A stretch of 64,000 nucleotides of DNA from Mobula hypostoma. Lineage: Eukaryota. The position numbers were made by a program, and so were the translations under genes. Location: assembly GCF_963921235.1 (NCBI RefSeq), contig NC_086097.1, forward strand, positions 206,214,001 to 206,278,000. Direction: 5' to 3'. A model generated the notes under the pieces. It saw only the letters and a program-made list of their open reading frames with translations, did no database searches and was not told the origin of the DNA. Positions within the stretch are counted from its first letter, which is position 1, and every line of letters begins with the position of its first letter. Shown here in pieces: positions 26,350-39,193 of this stretch.

Positions 26350-27620
26350 ATCAAAACAAAAGCTGTAATCCAAAGTAAAAATATACAATGCTGGAAACAC
26401 TCCAATCAGGTACTATTCATGGAAGATGGAATAACAAACATTGAACATTTCACCCCCTACACCTATTTCAGAATTGAAAAAGAGAGACAAGTTTATTTTT
26501 CAGTAGCAGAGAATGTGAGCAGTGATGGACAGAGCAAAGGGAATACTTTAGATTGAATGAAACCAAATGACTTAAAATGGAGTTAGAAATCCACCAGCTT
26601 TTCTTTGCCAGTATTATATAATATCAAGACTTTGTTGCTTGAACCATGGCTTCTCCTCTACCATAGAGGACAGAACTTTTGCCCCCATCTTATTTATTTC
26701 CCACACCTCCACCCCCAGACCCTCTCTTTCTGAACAAAATAAACAGACCATTCTTAGTCCTCTGCTAGTCCTACCAGCTCCACCAATATTACACCCTCCC
26801 TCCTCACTATCCTTTCAGCTTTTCAAAGGATCCCTTCATTAGCAAACCTCTGGTCTGTTCTTCTGTCCTCATCAGTGACTCCTCTTTTTACGTCATTTAT
26901 CTATGCAAGTCCAAGAGACACACTACAACCTTTCACTTCCTGTCTTTCCACCATTCAGGGACCCAGTCCCACTCTTTCCAATTGAAGCAGGATACACTTG
27001 TATTTCTTCCAAACAAGCATGCTACATTCAGAATTTACAGTGTGGTTTCCATTGCACTGAAGAAATCCAACACAGATTGTGAGATCACTTTACAGACCAC
27101 CTTCATTCAGTTTGCAGGAGTGACCCTGAGCTTCTGGTTGCCTGAATCTTTAATTCCCTAACTCATTCTGATACCCTTTGGCACTGTAACAATGAGGCTC
27201 AAGGAAAATTGAGAAACAACATTACATTTCCAACTGTATAAAACTCCATATAGAATTCTCAGGCTTTAGATGTGTTTTCATTCCCACACTATCAAAACTA
27301 GCCATTTTGGCTCAGTTGTTTCTCATTCTATTAATATCACCTGATGGGCTGGTCAAGTACCACAGCCTAGCAGCAAATAACACAGAAAGAAAAAAAAATC
27401 AGAATGGCCTTTTAACTGCCATTTTAAGCTGTTTCATCTCATCCTTTCAGAACTATTCCCTTTGTTCTACCCATCAACCCCTTTCCCTCTCTAATACAAA
27501 ATACTAACTTGTATTCTCCCTTTCCCCATTCTCATAAAGGTCCAAAGACCAAAATGCAAGCTGTTTCTCATTCCACAGATGCTGAATGACCGACTGAGTG
27601 TTTTCAGCATTATGTTTTTA
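26350..27620 (+). mobile_element. Decayed Penelope-like element (GIY-YIG remnant, pLTR-like ends)
   Basis: 26950-27160 reads TIQGP..FQLKQGYTCISSKQACYIQNLQCGFHCTEEIQHRL*DHFTDHLHSVCRSDPELLVA, matching the PLE GIY-YIG pattern. An inverted terminal piece lies at about 26370-26560 and the forward end at 27530-27620. Confidence 0.7.
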
Positions 27621-28340
27621 TTACCGAATAACACATTGTATTATTCCATGTTCTATAAGGGACATCAGCAAGTTCTTGTATTAATTATTAACACAAGAAT
27701 CGATGGACAAACTATTAGACTAAGATCACCTTCTACTATTCCAATGGCTGCATGATACAAGTGCTGTTAATGCATAGTAATCAAACTTGGTTCATTGCAA
27801 AAAAATTTCTATGAGGCAATGAAATCCCTGCGAATCAAAGGTCCAACTACCTATTCCTCTGAGCACAATGGAGGTACTAGACATTACATAGCAAATGTTT
27901 CAATGTTTTCCTATTTTTTTTATCTGAATTAAAAAGCCATTAGCTAACTTCTGAAAGAATTTCTCCAATTTCTCCAAGGGACCAGTCTCACAAATGTGAT
28001 ACTTGCTTTCTAAAACATTGTTTTATTAATAAACTTCTAATTTATACTTTTAATTGTAACATTTCATTCCCACCATCTTTTCAGGTGCAGCCATTTTCTG
28101 AATATACTTTTTTTTGAACCAATCCTAAAGTTCCAGTTAGGTTCTTTAAATACTGGAGATACACCATTTTTCCAAACTACCACAAGGATTCCACCCACCT
28201 CACGAGCAGTATCTAATTCAAGTTCCTCACCCAAACTGCAGGAAAGCTAAAGCTTACCGAAACATTTAGAGATATCACATTATAAACATTAGATTTTACA
28301 ATAAAGATCACTAAAATCATATTACAGTCTTACAGTCTTA

Positions 28341-28868
<528 letters not shown>

Positions 28869-31154
28869 CTGCAAAAGACAATTGCAGTACAAGAAAATGA
28901 ATAATGCAATTAAAGGCATTCACTTCACAACAAAGGATAAGATAAGGGACATTCTCCAAACCCAAATTCAATCTAGACATCAACATCTTTTATGATTTTT
29001 CTTTAAATCTCTCACAATATTGATTATGACGAGGTGCGACAGGTAAATAGGAAAGCCTATGTAGCTGGAGACAATTTGGAAGGGTCGATGCACAGGAGGC
29101 TGAAAGAATGTTGATTTTGGGGGTGCAGGAATGGTGGAGTTGAGTCTAGGAGACAAAGATCTGCTGCAAATAAGATCAGATACAGGTGGATATCAAGCAA
29201 AGTGTTGTCACTTGATATCCTTATCCTCCTGTACCAGATCTTTTCCTGCAAATCTGTAAATGGAAGATAGCAGGTTGGCCAGCAGAGCATTGAATTAGTA
29301 AGGGGTATGAATATCAAAAGCACACCTGTGGACTTCAGTGGCAGACTGTGTGAAAGAAGAATTATCAGATAGCAAAGAATGTAAATCTTTGTGATGAGAA
29401 GGATATGGATCATCTGCTCAATTCAGGGTCAAACAGGATACTGAGATAATGAACAATCTACAACAGTGGCCAAGGTACCAGTGGCACAAGAGTAGAATTT
29501 TCAGTCAGAGAAATAATAGTTCCACTTTGTAATATGTGGCTGTAAAAAATTGCAGTTCATCATGTAGCTTTTGTTCAATTGTTAGCATGACAGCTTCCAG
29601 GCAGCAGCAAGAACAAGAAAACTGATGGGAAAATAAAATTCAGGATTGTCATCAAAGCAAGCTTTGATGTGAACTTAGACCCCCAAAAATTCATAAATCA
29701 ATCCCAGGCATCTTGGTCAGTTTTTTTTCTTTTCAGACTGATTCATCAAGAAAAGACATGCTAACAGCTTTAGCTGCTATTTTGGGCTTAGAAATGCCCA
29801 CCTTAAAAATAAATTCCTGAAATAACAGCATGTTCTTAACTTGTATTCAAGTATATCAATGAATGTTCTTTTAAACAAATAATTGACTCAAAGCTATGAC
29901 AGCATTATAAAATTTGTACAATTTTTCTGCTGAAATCTTTAAAAAATCATAAAAATATATTTTCCAACCCATATCTTTGAAGGTATTTTTCCAAAAACTA
30001 CTCACAATATATGAACATCATTGGCAACATTATTATGTTCTGCCCATCGTTAACGCCCTAAAAACAATGAGGCAACTAAGAGTGAACTTTGTTGCTGTGG
30101 GTCTGCAGTCATGCTAAGGGCAGATCGTGTAAGTATGAATGATATCCTTTCCTCCAAGAGATTAGAGCACCAAATAGGATTTTAATGACAATCTAAGAGC
30201 TTCCTGGTTACTGTTACTAAGACTAGCATTGTTTAAACAAAGCCCAGATTTATTTAAATTCCCTTACTGCCTTTCTGGGATTCAAAACATTTCCCTGGTT
30301 CAGCAATCCAGACCCTGTTGCTAGTCCACTAATTTATCCACTAAACTTCAATGCACTTCTGGCCTACATGTGAACATTCTAATGCAAATACCAGGTAACA
30401 ATACCGACATAAACAGCAAGAGAATAATACTCTACAGAAGGTCGTAATATCCTAGACCTAGCATAGCCACAGGGAACTTAAGAAGATGACCTGACAGAAC
30501 CCAGAGTGACACAGCAGACCTCAAACTTCATATCCTGAGGCACTATCAAAAACGTACTAATATCTTTGTGACAGCTTGCTGGATGGCAAAGACTTTTTAA
30601 AGATATTTCAAATTATTCAGATAATGAGCAACATTTAAAAACAACCCAAGCTGTTATTAAAACCAAAAAAATCAATTGATTGAAACACAAAACAAACATA
30701 ATCGTAATTAAAAAGGCTGAAAGTATAACAAATACCTTCATCTACCCACCAACCTGTAAAGCTGCTGGCAGGATGTGAAGTGTGCATGGACCTCCAATGT
30801 TCCACCACCACATAAGATGGTGAATACTGAGTGAAAAATCAAATGGTTCAAATATGCCTACATCAGGCCTCTAAGACTTTTTTTCCACCCTGCACTGAAA
30901 TTTTAAACATGCTGTCAGAAATATTTAATAGTAAATAGATAGCTGAGATTCTACAGGCCCCAACTCTTCTAATCACTTCATTCCACTTTTGTAAATTGGA
31001 GTTACCTCAAAACTGATTGCATCTAGCTCAAAGAAATAGTGCCAATCAAATAAAAACACTTACCAGCACCAGTTATATGACAGGTTAGCCTTTCTACAGA
31101 TAACCTTCATTAATTACAAAAAAACACAAAATCAAACTGCTTCTTGATGAAAGC

Positions 31155-32767
31155 AAAGTGTTCAACAAAGAGTTGGCCAGAATTCACTGGAAAAGAATAC
31201 AGGCAGGGACGACAGCAGAGCAGCAATGGCTGGAATTTCTGGAAGCAATTCAAAAGGCACAGGATATATACATCCCAAAGAGGAAGAAGTATTCTAAAAG
31301 TAAGATGACACATCCATGGATAACAAGAGAAGTCAAAGCTAACATAAAAGCTAAAGAGAGAGCATATAACAAAGCAAAAATTAGTGGGGAGTTAGGGGAG
31401 TGGGAAGCTTTTAAAAACCAACAGAAGGCAACTAAAAAAGTCATTAAGGTAAAGATGGAATACGAAAATAAGCTAGCCAATAATATTAAATAAGATACCA
31501 CAAATATCTTCAGATATAGAAAGTGTAAAAGAGAGGCGGCAATGGATATCGGACTGCTGGAAAACAATGCTGGAGAGGTAATAATGGGCGACAAAATAGA
31601 TTCAAACTGAGTAATAAGTATTTTGAATCAGTCTTCACTAGCAGTATGAAGTTCCATGAGTCAGTGGGCACAAAGTGTGTGAAGTTACCATAACTAGAGA
31701 CAAGGTTCTTGGGAAACTGAAAGGTCTGAAGGTAGCTAAGTCACCCGGACCAGATGGTGTACACCCTAGAGTTCTGAAAGGGATGGCTGAAGAGATCATG
31801 GAGGCATTAATAATAGTCTTTCGAGAATCATTAGATTATGGAATGATTCCTTAAGACTGTAGAATATCCCAAATGTCACTCCACTTTTCAAGAAGGGAGA
31901 GAGGCAGAAGAAAGGAAACTATAGGCCAATTAATCTGACCTTAGTGGTAGGGAAGATATCGAAGTCAATTATTAAGGACAAGGTTTCAGGGTATTTGGAG
32001 GCACATAATAAAATAGGCCATGGTCAGCATGGTTTCCTCAAGGGAAAATCTTGCCTGAGAAATTTGCTGGATTCTTTGAAGAAGATTCTTTGGATTCCTT
32101 GAAGAGGATAGACAAAAGAGAACCAGTTGATGTTGTGTATTTGGATTTTCAGAAGGACTCTGACAAGATGCTACACATGAGGCTGCTTAACAAGCTACAA
32201 GCCCATGATATTACAGGAAAGATTCTGGCATGGATAAAGCAGGGGCTGGTTGCAGGAAGCACAGAGTGGGAATAAAGGGAGGGAGCCTTTTTGGCTGGCT
32301 ACCGGTGACTAGTGGTGTTCCACAGGGGTCTATGTTGGGACCAATTCTTTTTATGCAATATGTCAATGATCTGAATGATGGAATTGATGGCTTTGTTGCA
32401 AAGTTTGCAGACGATAGGAAGATAAGTAGAGGGACAGGTAGATTTGAGGAAGCATAGAGGCTACAGAAAGACTTAGATTAGGAAAATGGGAAAAGAAATG
32501 ACAGATAAGAGTATATTGTCTGGAAATGTAGAAGAAGTGAAAGGGTTGACTATATTCTAAATGGAGAGAAAATACAAAAAAAAACACTGAAACCCAAAGG
32601 GACATGGGAGTCCTTGTGCAGGATTCCGTAAAGATTACTTTACAGATTGAGTTTGTGGTGAAGAAGGCAAATGCAACGTTAGCATTCATTTTAAGAGGGC
32701 TACAGTATAAAAGCAAGGATGTAATGTTGAGACTTTATAAAGCACTGGTGAGACCTCACTTGGAGTA
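31155..32767 (+). mobile_element. Decayed CR1 ORF2 fragment
   Basis: EQQWLEFL, DVVYLDFQK, SGVPQGSMLGP, FADD, VRPHLEY; ends at the Tigger TA site. Confidence 0.9.
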
Positions 32768-34440
32768 CAGGTGTCCCCCGCTTTTCAAACGTTTGCTTAC
32801 GACACCTCGCTGTTATGAAAGACCTACATTAGTTACCTGTTTTCGCTAACAGAAGGTGTTTTCACTGTTACGAAAAAAGACAGCACGTGAAAAAGGCAGC
32901 ACGCCCCAAGCAGCCAAGCTCCTCCCCCGGAACTGCATTCTAGCCGGCATTACTTAAACACGTGCCTGTGAGCATCTGTGCTTTATGTCAATTTATTTTG
33001 AGCATTCATTAGCAAGATTAGTTCTAAGGTATCAGAAAAGCCTAGAAGAGCTCATAAGGGTTTTACACTTAGCATAAAACTAGACATAATTAAGTGTTTC
33101 GATCGTGGTGAACAAAGTAAGGACAAAGTAAGTTTGGCTTGTGGAAGTTGACGAAGATGATGTTGAAGAGGTTTTGGCATCCCATGACCAACAACTGATA
33201 GATGAAGAGCTGATGCAATTGGAAGAGGAAAGGCTAACAATCGAAACCGAATGCAGTAGCGAATGGACCAAAAATGAAGCCGTCCAGAAACTGAACGTGA
33301 AGCAACTGTGTGAGATCTTCGTTGCAATGATTGCAGAAAAGTACGACTTTAATTTTGAGAGGGTACGTAGGTTTGAGTGCTTACAAAGAACTGTATGATA
33401 GAAATATGCGCGAGGCTAAGCAGTCAAGCATACTGTTGCTTTTCAAGCCTTCCACATCAGCCACAGCAGTCGAAGAACCTCGACCTTTGACATCGAGGCA
33501 GGCAGACATAGAAGAAGATTACCTGCCTGCCCTGATGGAAACAGATGACGATGAGATGACACCCCAGTGTCCCACCACCCCAGCCTCCAGGCTGTGGAAC
33601 GATACATTGCCACAAAGAATGCAGCGGTGCAGTGGTAGCCAGGACGCATCCAGCACATCTTTAAGAAAAAAAGCCAAAATAAACAAGCTAATTAATTTGG
33701 TGCCGCCGGGCATGTAAATGTCGGCCCAGATCAGAGGCAATTGCCGATTGCATCGCCTCTGATCTGGGCCGACATTTACGTGCCGGGCGGCAGCTAATTA
33801 ATTAGCTTGTCTATTTCGGCTTTTTTCTTAAAGATGTGTTGGGTGCGTCCTGGCTACCGCTGTACCCCTGCTTGCTTCACGGATCAGTAACGGTCGGCAG
33901 CCTAGAGGGCGGGGGCCACTGCACCACCCCAACCTCCGACGACTCATCCTAACACACCATTATCAGTGTGCTCGGCACTGTCTTCCCAATTCCGGTAAGT
34001 GATACTACACTTTACATATATTATTTCTACTTTATATAGGCTGTGTATTTTTATGTGTTATTTAGTATGATTTGGCAGCTTCATAGCTTAAAGGTTACTG
34101 GAGAGAGTCTTTCTGCCGAGAGCGCTTGTGCCGTGTTTCTATCGAGAGCGCTTGCGTGAGATTTTCGCTACGGAGAACAGTGTGGCAATGATTGTGGACA
34201 AGTATTTCTACTTTATATAGGCTGTGTATTTATCATATCATTCCTGCCTTTACTATATGTTACTGTTATTTTAGGTTTTGTGTGTTATTTGGCATGATTT
34301 GGTAGGTTATTTTTTGGGTCTGCGAACGCTCACAAATTTTTCCCCAAAAATAAATGGTAATTGCTTCTTCACTTTACAACATTCCGGCTTACGAACCGTT
34401 TCATAGGAACGCTCTACCTTCGGATGGCGGGGCAAATCTG
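32768..34440 (+). mobile_element. Tigger/pogo-type DNA transposon, internally deleted
   Basis: TA at both ends; termini CAGGTGTCCCCCGC / GCGGGGCAAATCTG. N-terminal HTH remnant (KGFTLSIKLDIIKCFDRGE) is joined to the acidic C-terminus (EVDEDDVEEVLASHDQQLIDEELMQL). Confidence 0.87.
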
Positions 34441-34850
34441 TACTTTGCAACTTCTAACATGCTGAAAACTATGCACTTGCTGTTATTTCCTTAGCTACCA
34501 AAACTGGCTTCTTAGTGAGATCCACTTCCTAGTTTAATGCAACTAGTCATCACCATCAACATCCAGGTAAATTTCATCTTCAGCCACTCCACACCTATAC
34601 AAAATCCTCCAAATTCACAAATCCTTTCCCAAGTAAATATCCCCACTATTTATTATTGGTTGACTATGCTGGGCAAGACACCACTCAAATGCCCAATATC
34701 TGACAGCAGATCCCTGAAGCAAATAATATGTTCCAACTTCAGTTATGAAAAGAGATTATTCAATGAAAAAAGAAAAAGATGCAAGGAAGTTCTCAAAGCT
34801 TCCTTAAAGAAGTGATATGACTGCTGAAATTCGAGGAACAGCCTTATATA

Positions 34851-35003
34851 CAGGCCGACCTTCACTAATCTGGCACCAATGGGACCTGAGGAGTGCTGGA
34901 TTAGTGAAAATGCCGAATTACAGAAGGATCACATTAAGCATAATCAGTGCCGGATTATCGAAGGAACCGGATTACAGGTAGTTAGATTAGTGAAGGTCGA
35001 CTG
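34851..35003. mobile_element. 153-bp Tigger-like MITE
   Basis: TA|CAGGCCGACCTTCACTAATC ... GATTAGTGAAGGTCGACTG|TA; internal GGATTA repeats. Confidence 0.85.
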
Positions 35004-35084
35004 TACTGGCTTAGAAGTATACTAAAAATTGTGGAACCAAGGAGAACACAGAATTCTTGAAGAAGGAGCAGCTGCCAGAAATCT

Positions 35085-35185
35085 AAGCAACACAAAAAAA
35101 AATACCCGAATTCAGCAGGCCAAGCAGCATCTAAGGAAAAGAGAAAACAGTCAATGTTTCGGGCCAAGACCCTTCATCAGGACAG
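35085..35185 (-). repeat. Penelope-type terminal repeat containing a minimal hammerhead motif
   Basis: Minus strand CTGTC-CTGATGA-AGGGTCTTGGCCC-GAAA-CATT-GACTG, then GATGCTGCTTGGCCTGCTGAATTC. Confidence 0.7.
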
Positions 35186-36884
35186 AATAATAATGGTTCT
35201 GAGAAACTTTAAAGAATGTAACTTTGCTTTTGAGATAGAAAACAAACAGGTGATAGATAGGGGAAGGGGTGAAAAAAAGGTTAGATTTAACCCCTCAACC
35301 AATTCCTTCCCCTCAGCACAATCTGTGTCCAACATCCCCATTACATACAGTTGCCCCCTCATCCTCATTTCTCATTGCCCCCAATTACACCTTCTCCATC
35401 ACCCCAAGTATCCAGACATTCCCATTATTTTTGTGAATCAGGGACATTATTTTGTGCAGTGACAATTTCCAAAGGTAGAATTTTTTATATTTGTCCTAAC
35501 ATGTTTTTATGAATTGAAGGCAGACAACTGCAGGTTTAGAACTTTCATTTTGCAGATGCAAATGATTCCAGGTCACATATTAATTTTAAATTTAAGATTG
35601 AGAAACTTTTATTAACAGTCAGTATTGGAGCATGGGACCAGGCAGATTTCATCACACAACTAGCTTTGATCTCATTGACTGGCTGAACAGACTAGTGAGA
35701 TTACATGAACTACCTGTACCTATTCCAATTAAACTGAAGGAATAAACAACTCACAGACTGAATGAAGTGTACTTTAAATTGCTGAATTCAGTATTAAATT
35801 AAATCAGATGAAGAACCAGAAGAGAGAAGGGCTGAACTCAGAGAAAAATGTGATTTAAAAAGTGTAAGTAAAGTTTTTATTTGTCCCAATCCTATCTTAA
35901 ATGATCAGCCTCAATGCCACATTAAAAAAAAAGCCAGGACACATACCGTTAAAGGGCAGAAGTTCTACTGTACCATTAAATAACCATGGCTGTCAAATGA
36001 GATACAGAGCATGAAACACAAGAGCACAATTAGACTATTCAGTCCATCGAGTCCCCTTTCCAATTATGAAGCCAAGAGAAAAGGTACACACAAATGCAGA
36101 GTAAATGAAATATCAGAAAGGTTGAAAAGTAACAAAGAATTATACCAAAAATAATCTGTACAACAATGATTGAAATAATTTCAAGAATTTAACTTAATAC
36201 CAAAAGTTTCAAGAAATACATTGAGACAGATTAAGAAGTAATAATGTGGATAACATACTGAATAGTTGAAACAGAACATAATAGATCTTAAAAAAAGGTG
36301 TAACAGACTTGCTGAGTGAACACTTAATGCTCCTTTCCACAATGAGCATAAGGTCTACACATGATTTTCCATAGTGAGTTATTAATTCATCATCTCTAGA
36401 CCTCAGAACAACAAATTAAAATAACTGAAGGAGAATAGGAACAATTAAATGACAATAAACACAAATTATTAAAATTGATCGCACAGAATCACTGAATAGT
36501 ACAACCCCAAAAAGAAAAGCCATTTGGTGCATCATGCCCATGTCAATCCTTTGGTAGAGTTATCTGATTACTCTTGCACATTACTCTTTACTGAAAACAA
36601 CATACATTGTCAACAATGTATTCAAATTCCTTTTTAAAAGCTACTAAGTGGCTTCCATCTTCCTATCAGATGATTCCTATTAGTATCTTAGACAGCAACT
36701 AATAGCTGCACTTCAAAAAGGTTTCCTCATGCTGTCCCTGATTCTTAATGTCAATAACCTTTAAGCTACATCCACTGGATATTGACAGTTCTGTCACTGG
36801 AAGAGTAAAGAAACATCTAAATTCAGATTTTAACACTACTTTCAAATCTTCAGTACTCTGCTTTAAGAGCAACCATCAGCCTTA

Positions 36885-36980
36885 TGTCCTGATGAAGGGT
36901 CTTGGCCCGAAACTTCAGCAGCTCACTCTTCTCCATAGATGCTGCCTGGCCTGCTGAGTTCCTCCAGCATTTTGTGTGTG
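36885..36980 (+). repeat. Penelope-type terminal repeat containing a minimal hammerhead motif
   Basis: TGTC-CTGATGA-AGGGTCTTGGCCC-GAAA-CTTC-AGCA...AGATGCTGCCTGGCCTGCTGAGTTCCTCCAGCATTTTGTG. Confidence 0.7.
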
Positions 36981-37319
36981 ATCCATCAAGTCTTTACTGC
37001 ATCTGCTGAAACCTTTTGATTTCTACTCCAACTGAGGCCTAGTCACCATTTTATAAAGATTTATCACAATAAAGAGATGGATTCCATGTATTTTTGAAAA
37101 CATTCTATTGCCCTAAAAATTTCTGCATTTACACCCACTCAAATCCATCTTTTACTGTACTGTGTGATATTCTGATATGGCAATGAAATTAAATGTTCTT
37201 CCTCCTATCAAATGATACTGCCATTTGTCAGCCCAGATCTAAATCATCAGTCCAAATCTGATTGAAATCTTCATATCCTCCTTGGGGGTTTACTAATTCC
37301 ACAATTTCCATATTTCTTT

Positions 37320-37612
37320 GCAACACAGGAAGAGATCATTCTGGCCACAGAGACTATAGTGGCTAACAGAACAATACTATTTTCCAACTAATTGCCTTAG
37401 AGTCAAACTTGACACATTCCCATCGATTGTATAAGCCACAGTACAATGGGGCGTTCTTTAACAGTAGGCAATTCACAAACAAATCCACACACCTTCAGGA
37501 TATAGGAGGAAATTGGAGCTACCAGGGAAAACCCATGCAAAGATGCAGACAGCACACAACTCGAGGTCAGCATTGAGTCCAGGGTTGCTGAAGCTGCACG
37601 GCAGCAGGTCCA
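37320..37612 (-). repeat. Decayed tRNA-derived V-SINE (HE1-like)
   Basis: GGAGGAAATTGGAGCTACCAGGGAAAACCCATGCA resembles the recalled V-domain; B-box-like remnant near 37572-37582. Confidence 0.55.
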
Positions 37613-37875
37613 TTAGTGAAGACAAAGAAACTGTCTTTTCTCTTCAACTGCAGATACTGGAGTCTGGAGCAACAAACAATTTGCTGGTGGAATTCTGCAG
37701 GTTGAACTGTATTTGTAGGGTGGGAGTCAGAGGTGGAATTGTCTATTATTATCACTTCCAATATCCTCGTATTTCTATATGTAATAGCATTCTTTGCTCT
37801 CAAGACATTACAGAGTGCTCATTAGCAGCTCTGCACATAATTACAAAACATAATTAAATTGGCAACTGGAATGTA

Positions 37876-39193
37876 CACTCTGTGACAATTTTATTCGGTA
37901 CATGTACTTGTTGATGCAAATATCTAATCAGCCAATCATGTGGCAGCAACTCAATGCATAAAAGCATGCAGACATGGTCAAAAGGTTCAGCTGCTGTTCA
38001 GACTGAACAACAGAATTGAGAAGTAATTGGACTACAATTTTTTTCCCCCAAGTGTTGCTTTCTCAGAATCTTTTTTTGTTTATGATAGACTGCTTGAAAC
38101 TGAACACAAATATAATTTCAGACTCCTTGTATAGTGAATATAATATGTTTAATTGCATAACTGTGCTGACCCTTTGCAATGGTTAACCTAAGCTAAAAAC
38201 GTTTTGTTGATGATTTTCATTTGTACTCAGTATCGGAGGCTTCTCGCTTAGTAACTAACAATAATCAGCCAGTAATGATGCAGCCCTGATACCGTCTCTC
38301 CGTGACTGCAATGTCCTTACAAAACCTTTCATCACGCTCAAAATTTGCAGGGAAAAAGACTAAATGGGAATGCCGAAAATTAGTCTTTTGTGATATATTG
38401 CACAGTATGCTTGAAGCACGTTGTCAACCAACTGCAAGTAGTTTGGCATTCTATTAATTGCCAAGAAAATTTTCAACAAAATCCTTGAACCTTCCATGGG
38501 ATTTTCTCCAGTCCCAATAGAAGTTCTTCAAATTGCCTGTCATCGATGACCTGTTTGATTTGTGAATCAGCAAAAATGCCTTCCTTAATCTTGGCACCAG
38601 TTATTCTGGGAAACATGTCCCAAATATCAAACTCCTTCACCTGTCCTGCCATGCACCATCTGTCCTGCCTAGGCATGCCTGGACAAGATAGAAAACTTTT
38701 CAGCTTACATTGTGGGGATTTTAATTGACTTGAATTATGAATTGAAATAACAAATATAGGTGATTTTTAAAAAATGGTGTGTGAGAGGGAAATTTTATGG
38801 TGATTTTCATGATCAGCGGCCCTAAATCCATAAGATACACCAGAAGTATTCAGGAAGCAAAATACTTGTCATCCAGTGTTATTGGTGCCAGATTTGTATA
38901 TCTCAGAAACTGCTGATCTCCTTGGATTTTCACACACAAGTGTCTAGAATTACACAAAATGGGGCAAAAAACACCTTGAGAGGTCACAGCAGAATAGTCA
39001 AGACTGGTTCAAGCTGGCAGGAAAGCGACAGTAACTCAAATAGCCACATGTTACAACAATAGTGTGCAGAAGATCTCTGAATGCACATGCAAACCTTGAA
39101 GTGAATGGCCTACAGCTTCAGAAGACCATGAACATACAATCAGTGACCACATTATTAGATAAAGTAGGTACCTAATAAAGTGGGCACTGAATG
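37876..39193 (+). mobile_element. Non-autonomous Tc1-like element carrying a nested Chapaev3 insertion
   Basis: TA|CACTCTGTGACAATTTTATTCGGTAC ... GTACCTAATAAAGTGGGCACTGAATG|TA; Tc1 N-terminal remnant resumes at 38882. Confidence 0.75.
38025..38878 (-). mobile_element. Chapaev3 (CMC superfamily)-like DNA transposon, internally deleted
   Basis: MFPRITGAKIKEGIFADSQIK...FVENFLG...CNISQKTNFRHSHLVFFPANF...ERFCKDIAVTERRYQG matches the recalled Chapaev3 transposase C-terminal half; end CCAGTG|TTA. Confidence 0.75.

Noticed and set aside
1..28337. Next PCMTD1 coding exon (expected PFGINHGIELH...)
   Set aside because: Not found by eye; probably left of the window. TBLASTN would settle it.
33141..33717. 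Acidic ORFs as a host or domesticated TIGD gene
   Set aside because: Lie inside TIR/TA-bounded Tigger, are frameshifted, and lack the DDE domain.
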